Of a DNA stretch of 64,000 bases, positions 15,280-27,469 are shown piece by piece. Both the position numbers and the translations under genes were made by a program. The notes below the pieces were generated by a model, which was given only the letters and a program-made list of their open reading frames with translations, was not told the DNA's origin and made no database searches. The stretch is from Rhizophagus irregularis (taxonomy: Eukaryota), in assembly GCF_026210795.1 (NCBI RefSeq), contig NC_089433.1, forward strand, positions 1,426,001-1,490,000. Direction: 5' to 3'. Numbering within the stretch: the stretch's first letter is position 1; each line of letters begins with the position of its first letter.

Positions 15280-15370
15280 ATATAATCATGTATTTTTCCT
15301 AAAAAAATTTCCTAATTTTAGGAATTTTATCAGAATTAGGAAATTTTTTTAGGAAAAATACATGATTATT
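15280..15370. repeat. Near-perfect hairpin (~40-bp arms), probably the centre of a MITE-like relic
   Basis: aatcatgtatttttcctaaaaaaatttcctaatt ... aattaggaaattttttttaggaaaaatacatgatt. Confidence 0.6.
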
Positions 15371-16064
15371 TGAATTTCGGGATTTTGGAATTGTCGAGAT
15401 TTTGTACCACAGTACCAGGACCAGTTGAGATCGGGATTTAGGACGGCACCCGTACTGCATTTTAGGGGATTAAATTTAAATTATTAATTAAAGTTTTAAT
15501 AGAGTTTTGTTTGTTTTGAACAGTTTTTGCAGTTTATATCTATATTTATCAAACTTTTTTTAGAATTAATTGATACTCTTCAAAATTTAGGAAAAAAAGG
15601 AGGTTGAAAAATAGTACCAAACATGCGTAATAACAAAAATGTTTGCATTTCCATAACATTACAGTATACATGATAAAATAACATCAGACTTGTGCTCAAA
15701 TAATTCGAGTTGGCTCAAGTCACTTTTTAATTTGAGTCGGAATTTTTTTTTGACTCGAATCAGAGTATAAATCTAACTTGAACAACAGAACTTTAGTTTC
15801 TAGATCAAAGTTAAATATTAAATTATGTGAAGTTTATTAACTGAATATAAATTATTTTAAATTAAAATTATAGATATAAACTTATGCTATGGTGCAGTCA
15901 AATGAGAAATCATTACATAATTGTAATAAATATAATGAAAGAATCACCAAACTATCAAATAAACTAATAAAAACTGAATTAAAATTTACATATGTGCTAT
16001 TTAAAAAAAAGGAATCTCGTAAACTAATCTGATACTTTTATCCTAGAGTTAATCCAGCTTAACT

Positions 16065-16370
16065 CTAGCACCATTCCATACAGCCACAACCACCACAGTG
16101 AAAGTTGTCATTACCTTTGTCGGTACAGTTATCACATGCACAAGGATGATTACCTTCTCTGATACAAGCGTAGAGGTTGGAACCGAAGACGCAGTGCGTT
16201 ACGTCTATATCTGCATGATCCTGGTATTTAAAAATTCCACAGGTAGGCAAATCACCGCAACCCCTTTTTTGTAAGGATCTCTTGATACCTATTCCGAACG
16301 TTGGTGAAGCGAGTATTAGTGCAATAATGGCCATTAGACATAAAACGAAGTTTGCTTTTGGGAAGTGCAT
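16065..16370 (-). CDS. Small secreted cysteine-rich prepro-peptide (101 aa; signal peptide, KR sites, 65-aa mature region with 11 Cys)
   Basis: ATG at 16370-16368. MHFPKANFVLCLMAIIALILASPTFG looks like a hydrophobic signal, followed by IGIKRSLQKR and the mature region GCGDLPTC...HCGGCGCMEWC*. Intronless, GC-richer than its flanks, CpGs retained. Confidence 0.8.
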   Translation of the reverse strand: MHFPKANFVLCLMAIIALILASPTFGIGIKRSLQKRGCGDLPTCGIFKYQDHADIDVTHCVFGSNLYACIREGNHPCACDNCTDKGNDNFHCGGCGCMEWC

Positions 16371-17240
16371 GTTAAAGACGATGGAAATTATCTGTTGATG
16401 GTGAGGTATTGACAATAGTGCGAGAGAGTTGGCAAGTGTACAGATGATTTGCTTTTTTGAAGAATTCGCATTTTTATATCCACAATCCGTGACGGCCCAC
16501 GTGTAGATTTATACACGTTTGCGCGTGAATTCATGAACACATTCAGAAAATTTGAGTTTTTTTCACTTTGGGTTCCCATTCAGCTTGAAGATTTAGTATT
16601 AATAGAGATTCATCATTTCCATTTATATTCTTTTCTGAATTTATTTGAAACAGAAGGTATCTTAACAAATAGTCTCGCTTACGGACCGTTTCCCGAATCA
16701 GGACATTTTTACCGACAGCCTAACGCTGGCTGTTGATCACGTGTTCGTGCATAACTCTGCATAACTCAGGCCAAACACGTCGGGAAAATGTTTTGTCGGG
16801 AAATCGTGCCGTAACCGATCTTCCATATGTATAACAATCGTTAATTAGTGAACCATTTAAGGAGTATAATCGATATAAAATAAAATAATATCAGATATAG
16901 TAAAATATGCTTTTGCGTTCAAGGGACGCGTCTAATAAAATACATATAATCCGCTTTCAAGTCTTAAAATTTCATTTAACTGTCATTTTTTCCTTCTTTC
17001 TAACAATGATCCAATATTTTATTATAATAAACTTGACACAAACTGCTATAAATCACTATAAATCGCAATACATTTCAGGAGATAATATTGTAAGGATGGA
17101 TAAAGACAGTGTCATATATTACGAATATCCATTTTGTTATAAGTCTTAACCCCGCCCCACATAATATATAAAATCTTATGTTACACTATATATTCTTTAC
17201 CCACCCCCTAAAATGTATACCAATTTTGCACATGATATAC

Positions 17241-19556
17241 TGGGATGCGCTGTCAATCAATCAAATCAAAACTATATATGGAATTTTACTATTGAAGATT
17301 TTTTCATATTAAGCTATTTTATACTATATCAATCACTGCGCATGTAATAAAATTTAAAGTTTATGTATGTAGATCAAAATCGGCTAAAATAAATTTTATT
17401 GGTTAAAATTGATGATTTTCGAATCCATACTTCTGGCCAAAATTTGCTTAATTCCGGCCAATTTTATAATGCCGGCCTAAATTTGATAAAAATTGAAAAA
17501 TGCAGTTCAAATGTAACATCACATTTATATAAAATAACTTTCAAACTAAATATAGAAAATAATACTTCTTGACAACATCTAAGAGTGTGTTGAAAAATTT
17601 CTTCAAACACTTTTTGTTTTTTAAGGTGGATCTTAACTAGAAGTTGGTACATTTTATTTGCTAAAAATAAGGAATAATAAGAAAAACTTGAAATTTGTCA
17701 AATATAGTAAATAATTTAAAACTCCAAATTAAGATAGAAAGTATTTTATATAATTTTATAACAAAAAAAAAGCTTAAAAAAATATTAATTCAAATAAATT
17801 TTCAAATAAACCCAGAATCTATAAAGAAAAATTTTCCTTTTTTTCATTATATTTGTATAATAGTATTAAAAATTCTTTATTATTTCAATGATTTTAATTA
17901 CAAAACAAACTATTTTCTAATTTAAAAAACAATTTGAATATTAAAATAACAAAATTTCGTGATGAAATAAATAGGAATCTAATATTAAAACATGATTGGA
18001 CAAAAGTAGATTTATTGAAAATAATGAAATTTTGTAGTTTTTTTTAATTTAAAACAAATATATTATTCAAAAATCTAATAATACTCTTCCCTTCTTTTTT
18101 TCCTATAATAAATAAATTTTTATCATTATTTCATATTAAAAAATAGAGAAAATTTGATAAATTCAATAATCTTATTAGGTGACCGACCTTATTAACTTAA
18201 TAAAAGCTGTTTCTTTTGAAAAGTTACACCTAAAAACAAAATAATTATTATTAGTTAAAGGATTCTCATTAAAATTTATTGAAGTAAAAATTCTTTTTTT
18301 ATTAAAAAAATCAATTTTTTTGTGTTTATACAAAAACTACCTGAATAACTACTATTAAACTCTTAGAAAATCTTGTTTCTCTTGCAAAATTACATATATT
18401 TTTGCTATTAAAACTATATATTTATCCAAACTTTTAAAAGAATCTCAAAAAAAGTTCATTTTTTAACGTAAACTTCTTGTATATGCGAAGAGAAAAAAAA
18501 AATTTCAAAAATAGAAATTAACTTCAGAGACTAGTAAAGCACATGATGTTCTATAAAATTACTTAATTTGTATGGAAGTTACATATTAAAATTGACGGTT
18601 TATCATAAAATGAAGTAACTCAAATATAGTTACATGAATTTTTTTTAATATGAAAATGATTTGCATATTACATGCGTGGTGATTGATATAGTTTAACTGG
18701 CCTTATAATAAATTTTTTATTAAACTATCATATTTTTATTTTTTAAATAATTCTGAATTTTTTTTGATATTATCATTTCAAATTTTGTAAAATAACTGCC
18801 TCTTCTATGAAATACCCTATTTTTTAAAAAAAAATTAACAATATTATTAATACTTTAAAAACAATTAAATAAACAATTTGACTGAAAAAAAATTTTTTCT
18901 TTAGGAAACTTTCAAAAAAAATGAAGTAATACATGTTACTTTAAGTCATTATATATTCATTCATATATTTGGCATTGCTTTAATGCTAATAAAACGTGAG
19001 TTATTTAATTTTTAAGTTTTTGAATATTTTAATGGGAAATGCCATGCATTTCAAAACAAGCCCCTCAACTTTATAATTTTGTCAAAATACATATATATTT
19101 ATTATAATTCACCAACAACAAGTCGAGAGACTTTTCAACAAACTAGATTTAAAACCACATGCAAACATATCATTATCTCTTAAAAACATGTCATTATCTC
19201 TTAAACAATCAAAACTTCAGCTAGCATCAAGCAAGATTGAAGTAGAAAATTTGACAGCAGATCTTGACTTAAAGAAAGATACAAAAAAATATTCTATTGC
19301 AAAATATTCAGCTATCACAATTCAGAGTAGAAATTGCTTCAAATTTTTTTAATAATTTATTAAATATGTAAAAAAAAGCCCATTCAAATATTTGCCAATT
19401 TACAAATAATAAATTTATAAAAAATTAGTAATGTAATGTAAATTTTGAAAAAAATGCCAGAATAAACTATACTAATATTAGAAAAAAATCTTCAATAGTA
19501 AATTTTCATATGGTACTATATATAGTTTTGATTTGATTGATTGACAGTACACCCCA
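17241..19556. mobile_element. Non-autonomous MULE-like TIR element
   Basis: Long TIRs tgggatgcgctgtcaatcaatcaaatcaaaactatata / tatagttttgatttgattgattgacagtacacccca. Flanked by ATGATATAC (17232-17240) and ATGATATAT (19557-19565), a 9-bp TSD with 1 mismatch. Confidence 0.72.
17323..18692. mobile_element. Inverted-repeat element nested in the MULE-like element
   Basis: actatatcaatcactgcgcatgtaata at 17323 is inverted at 18666-18692 (tattacatgcgtggtgattgatatagt). Confidence 0.5.
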
Positions 19557-19599
19557 ATGATATATTGTATACACAATATGTAAAAAACAATAAGCCCAA

Positions 19600-22500
19600 A
19601 TTGGATGTTATCTATTTATTTTATTTATAAATTTAGTTTAATTAATGTAACCTACTAACATATACTTATATTTGTTTATAAAATATACATAAATATAATT
19701 CTATTTCTTTTTGTGAGTTGTTTTATGATTTCTAATCTTTCAGCTTGTAGACTTTCTTTTATGAGTTGACTATTGATTTTGTCAGCATACTGCAGATTTT
19801 CTTTTACAAGCTGAGTTGCAAATAATTGGTTCATCAAAATTTTCAGTTTCCATTGGAAATAAAGCATAGTTTTAAAGCAAAAGAGGAAAAATTCTTAAAT
19901 TAAGGATCAAAAGGAGGAATTTTCTTGTAAAAAACCAGAATAACTTCAAATAGGTTTTGGCAATTTTTAACACATAATGAAGAGGTCAACTCAGAAGAAA
20001 AGGAGGAGAAAGATCTTAACTATGCTGATTTGGATTATGACTTGAACTACGCTAAAAATACAGAAAATTACCAGATATCCAAGGTCTTTAAACATGCAAA
20101 AAATCATGAGGAAAAAAGTTCCATAGTGGGTAAAAAACATATTTATGTTTTAGTAGAACTTTCACATAGAGCTGGCAAAAGATCAAAGTTGTTTCAGTTT
20201 AATGAATATGGTGATCTCATGATTATTATGTGTTTTTGGACCAGTCATTAAAAAGCTAATAGAAAAATTAGGTACGTGACTTTACACAATAAGTTTGCAA
20301 CAATTGCATTCTAATGTGGAAATTTTTATTTCAGCTATAAAGAAAATCAAGAAAATTTGATGATCAAGAAGATTTGATGGATGAAACAGAGTAGTATGAA
20401 ATTTTCATTATATTCAGATGATCAGTATTCTTGTTATAAATAAAAAATAGTAATGTATGTGAAATCAATACATGTATGTTAGTATTTTATTAAATTACAT
20501 TATAGTGAATATAGTATGTTTAATAAATTGAAATAGAATATACATGCACATCTTTATTTTGTAAATAGATTATCAATGTCAAAAAAAGTTCAGTCAGCTA
20601 AACTAATAAATGGAGTAGCAGATGTTTTAAAGGAATTTATAAAATGTGAGTTTCTTCCTATTGCTTTACATTACTATCTAAAATTTTATTATTTTTACTA
20701 TCCATAAACCAACATAATGTGCTAATGTAATAACTTCTATTTTGATATTTTCTTATAAACCCTTGAATCGTATTTTTTTGATTTTTCCTTCAAGTGCACA
20801 AATTTCCATCACTACATGGAGATATATTTTTGAATTAAATCCTTTTTCATCCCTTATTTGATCAAAAATTTGCTTGAATTGAGTCTAGACAGTTAAGCTA
20901 ATATTTCTGAATACTATTGCTTACTAGAACTTTTAAATGAACTTGTAACTGGCTTGATGTTTCTGATTGGCTAGCATACTTAATTGATCAGTTTTGATTC
21001 TTCAAATAACAGCATTATTTCATTCTAAAGAACTTTAAGCCTTTGACAAAAGTATTGATTGAGATGAAATCAGCTATAAATCTGCCAAAGTTATTACAGC
21101 AATCTTTCTTTAATATTTAATTTAGCAGTTATGTTACTAACCATCAATAAGATTTTCTACATTTTTTTGGTAAAATCATCATCACATTTCTTAATTTTTC
21201 TGATTTTTGCAGTATTATTTATTGTAGTATAAAATAACTACTATTTTTTTCCTATTATATATAGTTTATGTGTTATTACATCATCTAGTATTTTTAATAA
21301 AAAAGGTATAATTCCTGTGATATAACATTGAAAGATCATCAAAACACTTGCCAGGTATATTTTTTTTTGGTTAGATTTTATTAAACAAATTTGGAAAAAA
21401 AATGAATATAAAATTATTTTAATATTTATTAGTAGTTTATTTAATAATTCTAATTCTACTTTTACTTCTACTTCTAATTCTAATCTTAATCCTAATCCTA
21501 ATCCTAATTGATTAGATTATCAAGTAACATCCTTCTGTTAATGAATATACAAAAATTAATTTTTCAAACAATAATCTTGAATGTTTACGGTATTGGCCAT
21601 CTGATATTGAAATTGATAATACAATTAGTATAGGTTATGAGAGAGCTATTCACCTAGCAAAATATTTGGAAATGACAGCTGTACCAGATGATGCTTATTA
21701 TTTTAATATTCATAAGAGATTTCCAGATTTACAGCTTGATGATTTTTGGGATGATAATCCAAATCCTAGAATTATGGATAGTAATGACGAATTTAATGTG
21801 AATAATTTGTCAACTAATCAATGTATAAATCACGCAATATCTAAAATGAATATAAATCGAGAAGAAGAAATTAATTCTAATGATTCGCAAGTTACATTTC
21901 CGATGGAAAAAAATTATAATTGTTAGGTAATTGTTGAACTTGTAGAAAAATTACCTGACATTCCATGATTTCTAAACGGTAAATAATAACAGTAATTAAT
22001 TCTTCATTATTTTATTGCTAATTTTGTATTTTATATTTATAAATAGATCCTAAATTCAACTGTAATTATATATTGGATGATGAATTAAATGTTGATTTCT
22101 TTTTGGATTTACGTCAAAGTCATGATACCTATACGAGTAGAAATCTTGAACGAACAAAAACTGTTTTTAGAAACAATGAAAATAATACTTTAGACAAACT
22201 TGATGTTAATATGGCCAGTAATTTGGTTTCATATTTAACGAAAAATGATGATTTTACTTTAACTAAATTGCGAGAAAATAGATGGAAGTCAAGTAAAAAT
22301 ACTAATAATAACACAAAAGGTAAACTAATCTATAAACCATTAATTGTTAAAGATGAATTTTTTTCACATTTTTTTCTATTTTTAGATCATCTACGTGTTG
22401 ATAACTCTGCTTTTTTACCGTTACAAATTAAATCTTTTGTGATAGCTAAATTTGACAATACATTTTGTGTTGCTCAAATCATTGCTATGTATGAACAAAA

Positions 22501-22942
22501 GTCCTTGATGCATTCATATACTGATACTCCTGTTTCAGATCTCAAATCTCTTTCTTATGTATCTATGAAAATTTTCTTTCATGTTAATGGTGCAATTTTT
22601 CAGATACTAAAACTTCACATATTATTCATCATTTGGTATTAAAAAATGTTATTATTAGTGAAGAAGCATTAATTCTTAAAGGACAAGCAAAGGAATACTT
22701 TAATGCATTTCTTAAAAATAATAATAAATAAAATCTTAATAAATAAATATAATAAATAAAATTTTTTTTTACATAATTATTTACATATAAAAATAAAGTC
22801 ATAATTTAGTTTTAGCAAATTAATACTAAATTTGTATACAATAATTCAATTTTTGGCGAATTTAACTAATTTTAAGGATAGCGAAATACCCATAATTTTG
22901 TGCAGATTATTTATGACCTATATATGTATTTTCTGGGGTCCT
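19600..22942 (+). pseudogene. Degenerate intron-containing coding relic ending in a GGGGTCCT terminus; possible decayed transposase-bearing element
   Basis: Fragmented ORFs 21666-21926 and 22073-22642. The right end (22800-22942) reverse-complements to a sequence resembling the left end of the 60851-61491 MITE. Left boundary uncertain. Confidence 0.45.
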
Positions 22943-23307
22943 ATAACGTTATATATCATGCATTAATAAAATACTAATCTCAAATACAATTTATTAATAA
23001 TAAATAATATTTTATTTTAAAATAATTGGAAAAATTTTTTTTTATAACGATATAAATCAACATACTATAATAATATCATTACATAAAATTCTTTATAATA
23101 TACCGATATTCTGATCTACTGATATTTTTTTTCTATTCTGACAGTATCGGTATATCAAAGTTTGACTGTATATGAGAAAATACCAGTCAAAGGCTAAACA
23201 AAAAAGACATAAGTTAGTATATACTATATACGAATGATAGATAAAAAAACACACAAAGAACTGAAAAGTTCTATCTGTAGTCATGATTCCATAGAGATAG
23301 TCAAACT

Positions 23308-23603
23308 AGGACCCCGGATATCTCCAAAACAGGTCATAAGTCACACTTTCGGCAGATTGGCCCATTTTTCAGGGGCTCAAAAAATCGTTTTTTGTAAATA
23401 TCTCGGCATCCAGTGGTCCAATTTTGATGAACTTTTTTTTAAATTGTAGAGCTAAATGAGGGCTACAAAATAAAAAAAGTTCATTAAAATTGAATTACTG
23501 GATGCTGAGATATTTACAAAAAACGATTTTTTGAGTTTCAGCAAAAAGGGGTGTTTTTGGCCAAAAGTCCATTATGACCTTTATATTAGATATCCGGGGT
23601 CCT
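23308..23603. mobile_element. MITE with AGGACCCCGGATATCT TIRs and 8-bp TSD
   Basis: TSD GTCAAACT at 23300-23307 and 23604-23611. Near-identical copy at 63000-63294. Confidence 0.9.
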
Positions 23604-24228
23604 GTCAAACTCATCATCAAATGCCACAAATGATTTCCTTTTTTTCATGTTTGTATGGTGAGAACTTTCAAATTGCATTATATTTTGCATGAATTCTGTC
23701 ATCAAATCCTTTTATTTTCCCTCAGTTAGTTATAGCTATCAACTCCTCATTGACGACATCTATGACTTTCTTGATTGCGTAATTGACTCGACCAGATGCT
23801 TTTTCACCTATAACTTTGAACTGGTGGTTCATAGTAATTCCTTTTTTAGTGATTCTTTTGGCGATATAGATGGATGTATATAATATTGGAGAAATATACT
23901 TGCAACATACAGTCTAATTCCTACTTGTTGCTGAACCTATAATTCCCATCCTATATTTTATTTCTGTTATACACTGCTCCAGCTCCTCATTTTCATCGTC
24001 AATTTTCACAGGCTCTGACTCAAAAAGCAGAATTTTTGTTATTTCATTGCTATCAATCCCATACTTGCGCAATATCTTACTCAACTTTTTTTTAGTCTTG
24101 TACAAGAAGAATGATCTCAGCTTTTTATCCTTGCACTCTTTAACGAATTTCATGAGTCTCGTAGCTGATTTCATTTTTATTCCATGTCATTCAAATTTTT
24201 CTTCAGTCAAGTTAAAGAAATCCAGGCC

Positions 24229-24472
24229 TAAGGTTGCTTGCCAAAACCTAGGGGTTTAGGCAAGATGGCGTTTCGCCAAAAAGTGAAATTCTGCCGAAAC
24301 TATATTAAAGTTATATTAAAAAACTGGCGAAACTTTGGAGAAAGGCGAAACTGCCGAAACTTATTATAAATGCCGAAACTGCTGAAACTCTGCTGAAACT
24401 ATAATAAATCTATAGTAAAATTTTGACGAAACTAATCATAGGATTTTGAAGAGGTTTAGACAAGCAACCTTA
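24229..24472. mobile_element. hAT-type MITE (TAAGGTTGCTTG TIR, 8-bp TSD)
   Basis: TSD TCCAGGCC at 24221-24228 and 24473-24480. Internal gccgaaac repeats. Second copy at 42497-42738. Confidence 0.9.
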
Positions 24473-24560
24473 TCCAGGCCATTAACCTTTCTATTTTTTA
24501 AGATTTTGATAGCTGGCTCATTAAGTTCTAAATTCTCCTATATGCATATTAAATCCTACC

Positions 24561-24789
24561 AGGTCCCTGCTTACTTATAAGATAGGTCACTCCTAGGCCT
24601 AAGATTTTAAAAATCATATATAAAATTCTTTGCAAATCCCACTATAAAAGGAAATTTTATGTTACATTGTTATGATTTTTTTCCTTTTTAGCTAATTAAC
24701 TAATAGAATTTAAGAAAAAAGTAAGGTAAAAACTATTAGTAAAAAGCCAATTTTCTACAGTGACCTTTATTATAAGTAAGCGAGATCCT
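24561..24789. mobile_element. MITE with AGGACCCCG-like TIR (aggtccctgcttactt / aagtaagcgagatcct) and 8-bp TSD
   Basis: TSD ATCCTACC at 24553-24560 and 24790-24797. Homologous copy at 44321-44546. Confidence 0.85.
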
Positions 24790-24829
24790 ATCCTACCACA
24801 TGAAATGGTCTTTTGGATTTAAAATTTTA

Positions 24830-25830
24830 GGTTATTTTAATCTTACTGGAACTGATAAATTTTTTCTGATTCAAAGCCGATTCACTAAAAGCAAGCTTTA
24901 TTGAAGGCTTTCTTTTGCCTGATAGCTTTTCCTGATCTATTTGCACAATAACAATAATAACTATAAAATTTTTTATATTGAATAATATATGCATTTTCAT
25001 TAGTATGTTTTCGTTCACATAATGAACAATATGATGGGACTATTCGTTTAAGAGAAAAGATGTCAGAAAATGTTTCTGATAGATATGAAAGATCAAATAC
25101 TTCAATACTGGCTTTTTGAAGCAATTTTTCTACTAGTTTGAGTTTGAGTTTAGCTTCAGTAATTTTGTTATTTGTATCATTACATCTTCTGATTTCTGGT
25201 TCTGAAATAACTAAGAGAGAAACTTTTTACGACCTTTGATCTATCATTGGGCGAGCGAAGCATGAAGTTGAAGATTATTCCATTTTTTCTGGTCTTTTTA
25301 TTAAACTTAAGTATTCCAAGTATTCGCAAAAAAAATGATTGTTTATTTGCTATATTATTGATAATACTATTCTCCTGAAGAGACACTGAAAGTTTCTTAT
25401 AAATAAGCTCAGTAAATATTACGACCTGTGCAATATTTTTAAGTCTCATACCAGTAGTCGAAATATGGCAAGATATTTTTTTCACATCACTATTACTGGC
25501 AATGGTTATAGTTTCAGGATCCCACTTCGGGAATATCTCTAAATATACTTTTGTAATAGCACTAATAAGTAAATCTTGTATTTTTTTATCTTTAAGTTTG
25601 GATTCAATGCTATTATATACTTTTTGTGGCAAATTGAAGTCAATGATAGGACAAAGTAGCTTATTACCATCAATAATTTTATATAGAAAATGGCCTTCAT
25701 GATCTATGAGTATGACTTCTATTTCATCCTCATTGTCCACACCAAGAAATTGCCTTGGCTTAACACTATTATCATGAATTTTATATAGGTATTGACCAGA
25801 ACCTCAAACAATACTAATACAATTCACATT
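24830..25830 (-). pseudogene. Degenerate PrimPol/AEP-like primase relic with C-terminal Zn-binding motif
   Basis: ORFs 25180-25740 and 24885-25124 give ..KIIDGNKLLCPIIDFNLP (decayed DxD), KKISCHIST (SxH), IINNI..LRILG..K (decayed motif III region) and SYCSLCERKHTNENAYI..YYCY (Zn finger). Confidence 0.55.
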
Positions 25831-26149
25831 TGAGTTTGTGTAAAGTTTATATTAAAATTTTCAAAAGTTGTGTATTACAGAGGTATTTTCAAAATTTTAT
25901 TATTCTACATACCCCCTATTTTTAATATAACCAGTAATTCAATTTTAATAAAATTTATATCATTGGATTCGTCTTAATGAGAAAATTCTAATGATAGTAA
26001 AATCGAATTTCTAGCTTCAATATTGACAGAGTTATGTTATAAAATGTATTTTACTTTAGTATTTAAAGTTTACTTGTGAGTTATATTAGTATTATTCGAG
26101 GTTCTCATTGACCTATATTGGAAGTTTTAAACCCACAATAGTCAAATTT

Positions 26150-26500
26150 TTATTGAATTTTTATTGAATTGTTAATTTTCCATAAATCTGAAGTACATAT
26201 TTGAATATTGGGCAAATTTTAGGTTGATTTGTTATTTTGTCCAATTTTTTTTTTTGATTTCAACTAGCATCAATCAGCCGTCAACTAAATATAATAATTT
26301 TTTGCCAAATTTTTATTGGATTTTTATTGAATTTTTATTGAATTGTCAATTTTCCATAAATCGGAAATGCATATTTGAATATTGGGCAAATTAGGTTGAT
26401 TTGCCATTTGTCTGATTTTTTTTTGATTTCAACTAACATCAATCAGCCATCAATCAAATATGATGATTTTTTGCTGGATTTTTATTAAATTGTCTGATTG
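26150..26500. repeat. Tandem duplication of ~180 bp within a repeat relic
   Basis: ttttattgaattgt(t/c)aattttccataaatc..catatttgaatattgggcaaatt..ttcaacta(g/a)catcaatcagcc occurs twice (~26160 and ~26335). Confidence 0.6.
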
Positions 26501-27469
26501 GCATCAATCAGATATGCTGATTTATAATGTCAGTCAATTTTGGTCTGATTTTTAGCTGATTTTCCATATGTCCAATTTTTTTAATTTCAATCAGTGGAAA
26601 TTATCATATGAGAAACTGGATATCAATCACCTTTTTTCACATATCTTCCTAACTCTTTTTCTTAATATAATTTTGCTTTTGTATTTACCACCTACATGTG
26701 AATATTTCAGTTAACAAAAAATAGGAGTAATATATTAGTACACAGCTCGTTTACCTTCAAAAAAGGGTTCTGGGAAAGAAAGAAAAGTGAACGCGATTTT
26801 TCTCATAAAATTGGCACATCTAATAATTTTTCACATCCCATCCTGAGTACACCTTCTCAACAATAAAGCCCATGATGCAATCAAATCCAAAATCAGTAAT
26901 TAATCGCTTTGCATTAGAAACACTTAATGAGAGGAAAGACACATATTACAAAAAATAACATAGTGTAAACAAGCATCAAAGCTGAATCAAATTCCTAAAT
27001 AATATATAACCAACTAGCATCTGTGATGAAAAATAAAGGCCATGTACCATACCAAAAAAATCGCATATCAGAAATAAAATCAAGAGCTGAACTAAACCTT
27101 TAAACAATAAATAACTAACAAGCATTCATGAAAAGAAACAAAAGCCAAATACTATATCAAAAAACTCTATATAACAACAATAAAAAGAAAATGGAAAAGA
27201 AAAAGAAGCAATCCAATGGACAAATAAAAAGAGAAAAGGAAAAAGAAAGAAAAGAAGGCCACCGTAACAAATACAAAAATAAGTAACTAGAAAGAATAAT
27301 AACAACATAAGCCACCAAAAGCATGTAAATAAATGAAAAGCAAATACTGCTGTAACATGATGGTAACTAGGTAACAATTTAGCAATAACTAGGTAACAAT
27401 CTAGTAAAACTAAGTTATAATATATATATATTATGACCTAGTTCGGGATATATATTATGTCTACTATAT

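Larger units (their letters stand above)
23250..24550 (-). pseudogene. Crinkler-like pseudogene (SAM-like N-terminus plus PD-(D/E)XK/REase-like C-terminus), interrupted by two MITEs
   Basis: The minus strand reads ..KLRSFFLYKTKKKLSKILRKYGIDSNEITKI..ELEQCITEIKYRMG.., then EYISPILY..ASGRVNYAIKK..EELIAITEGK..FMQNIMQFESSHH, with stops and frameshifts. Confidence 0.6.

Noticed and set aside
16371..16415. ORF-track N-terminal extension MSIPHHQQ.. of the secreted peptide
   Set aside because: It begins at a non-ATG codon. The ATG at 16370 directly precedes the signal peptide.
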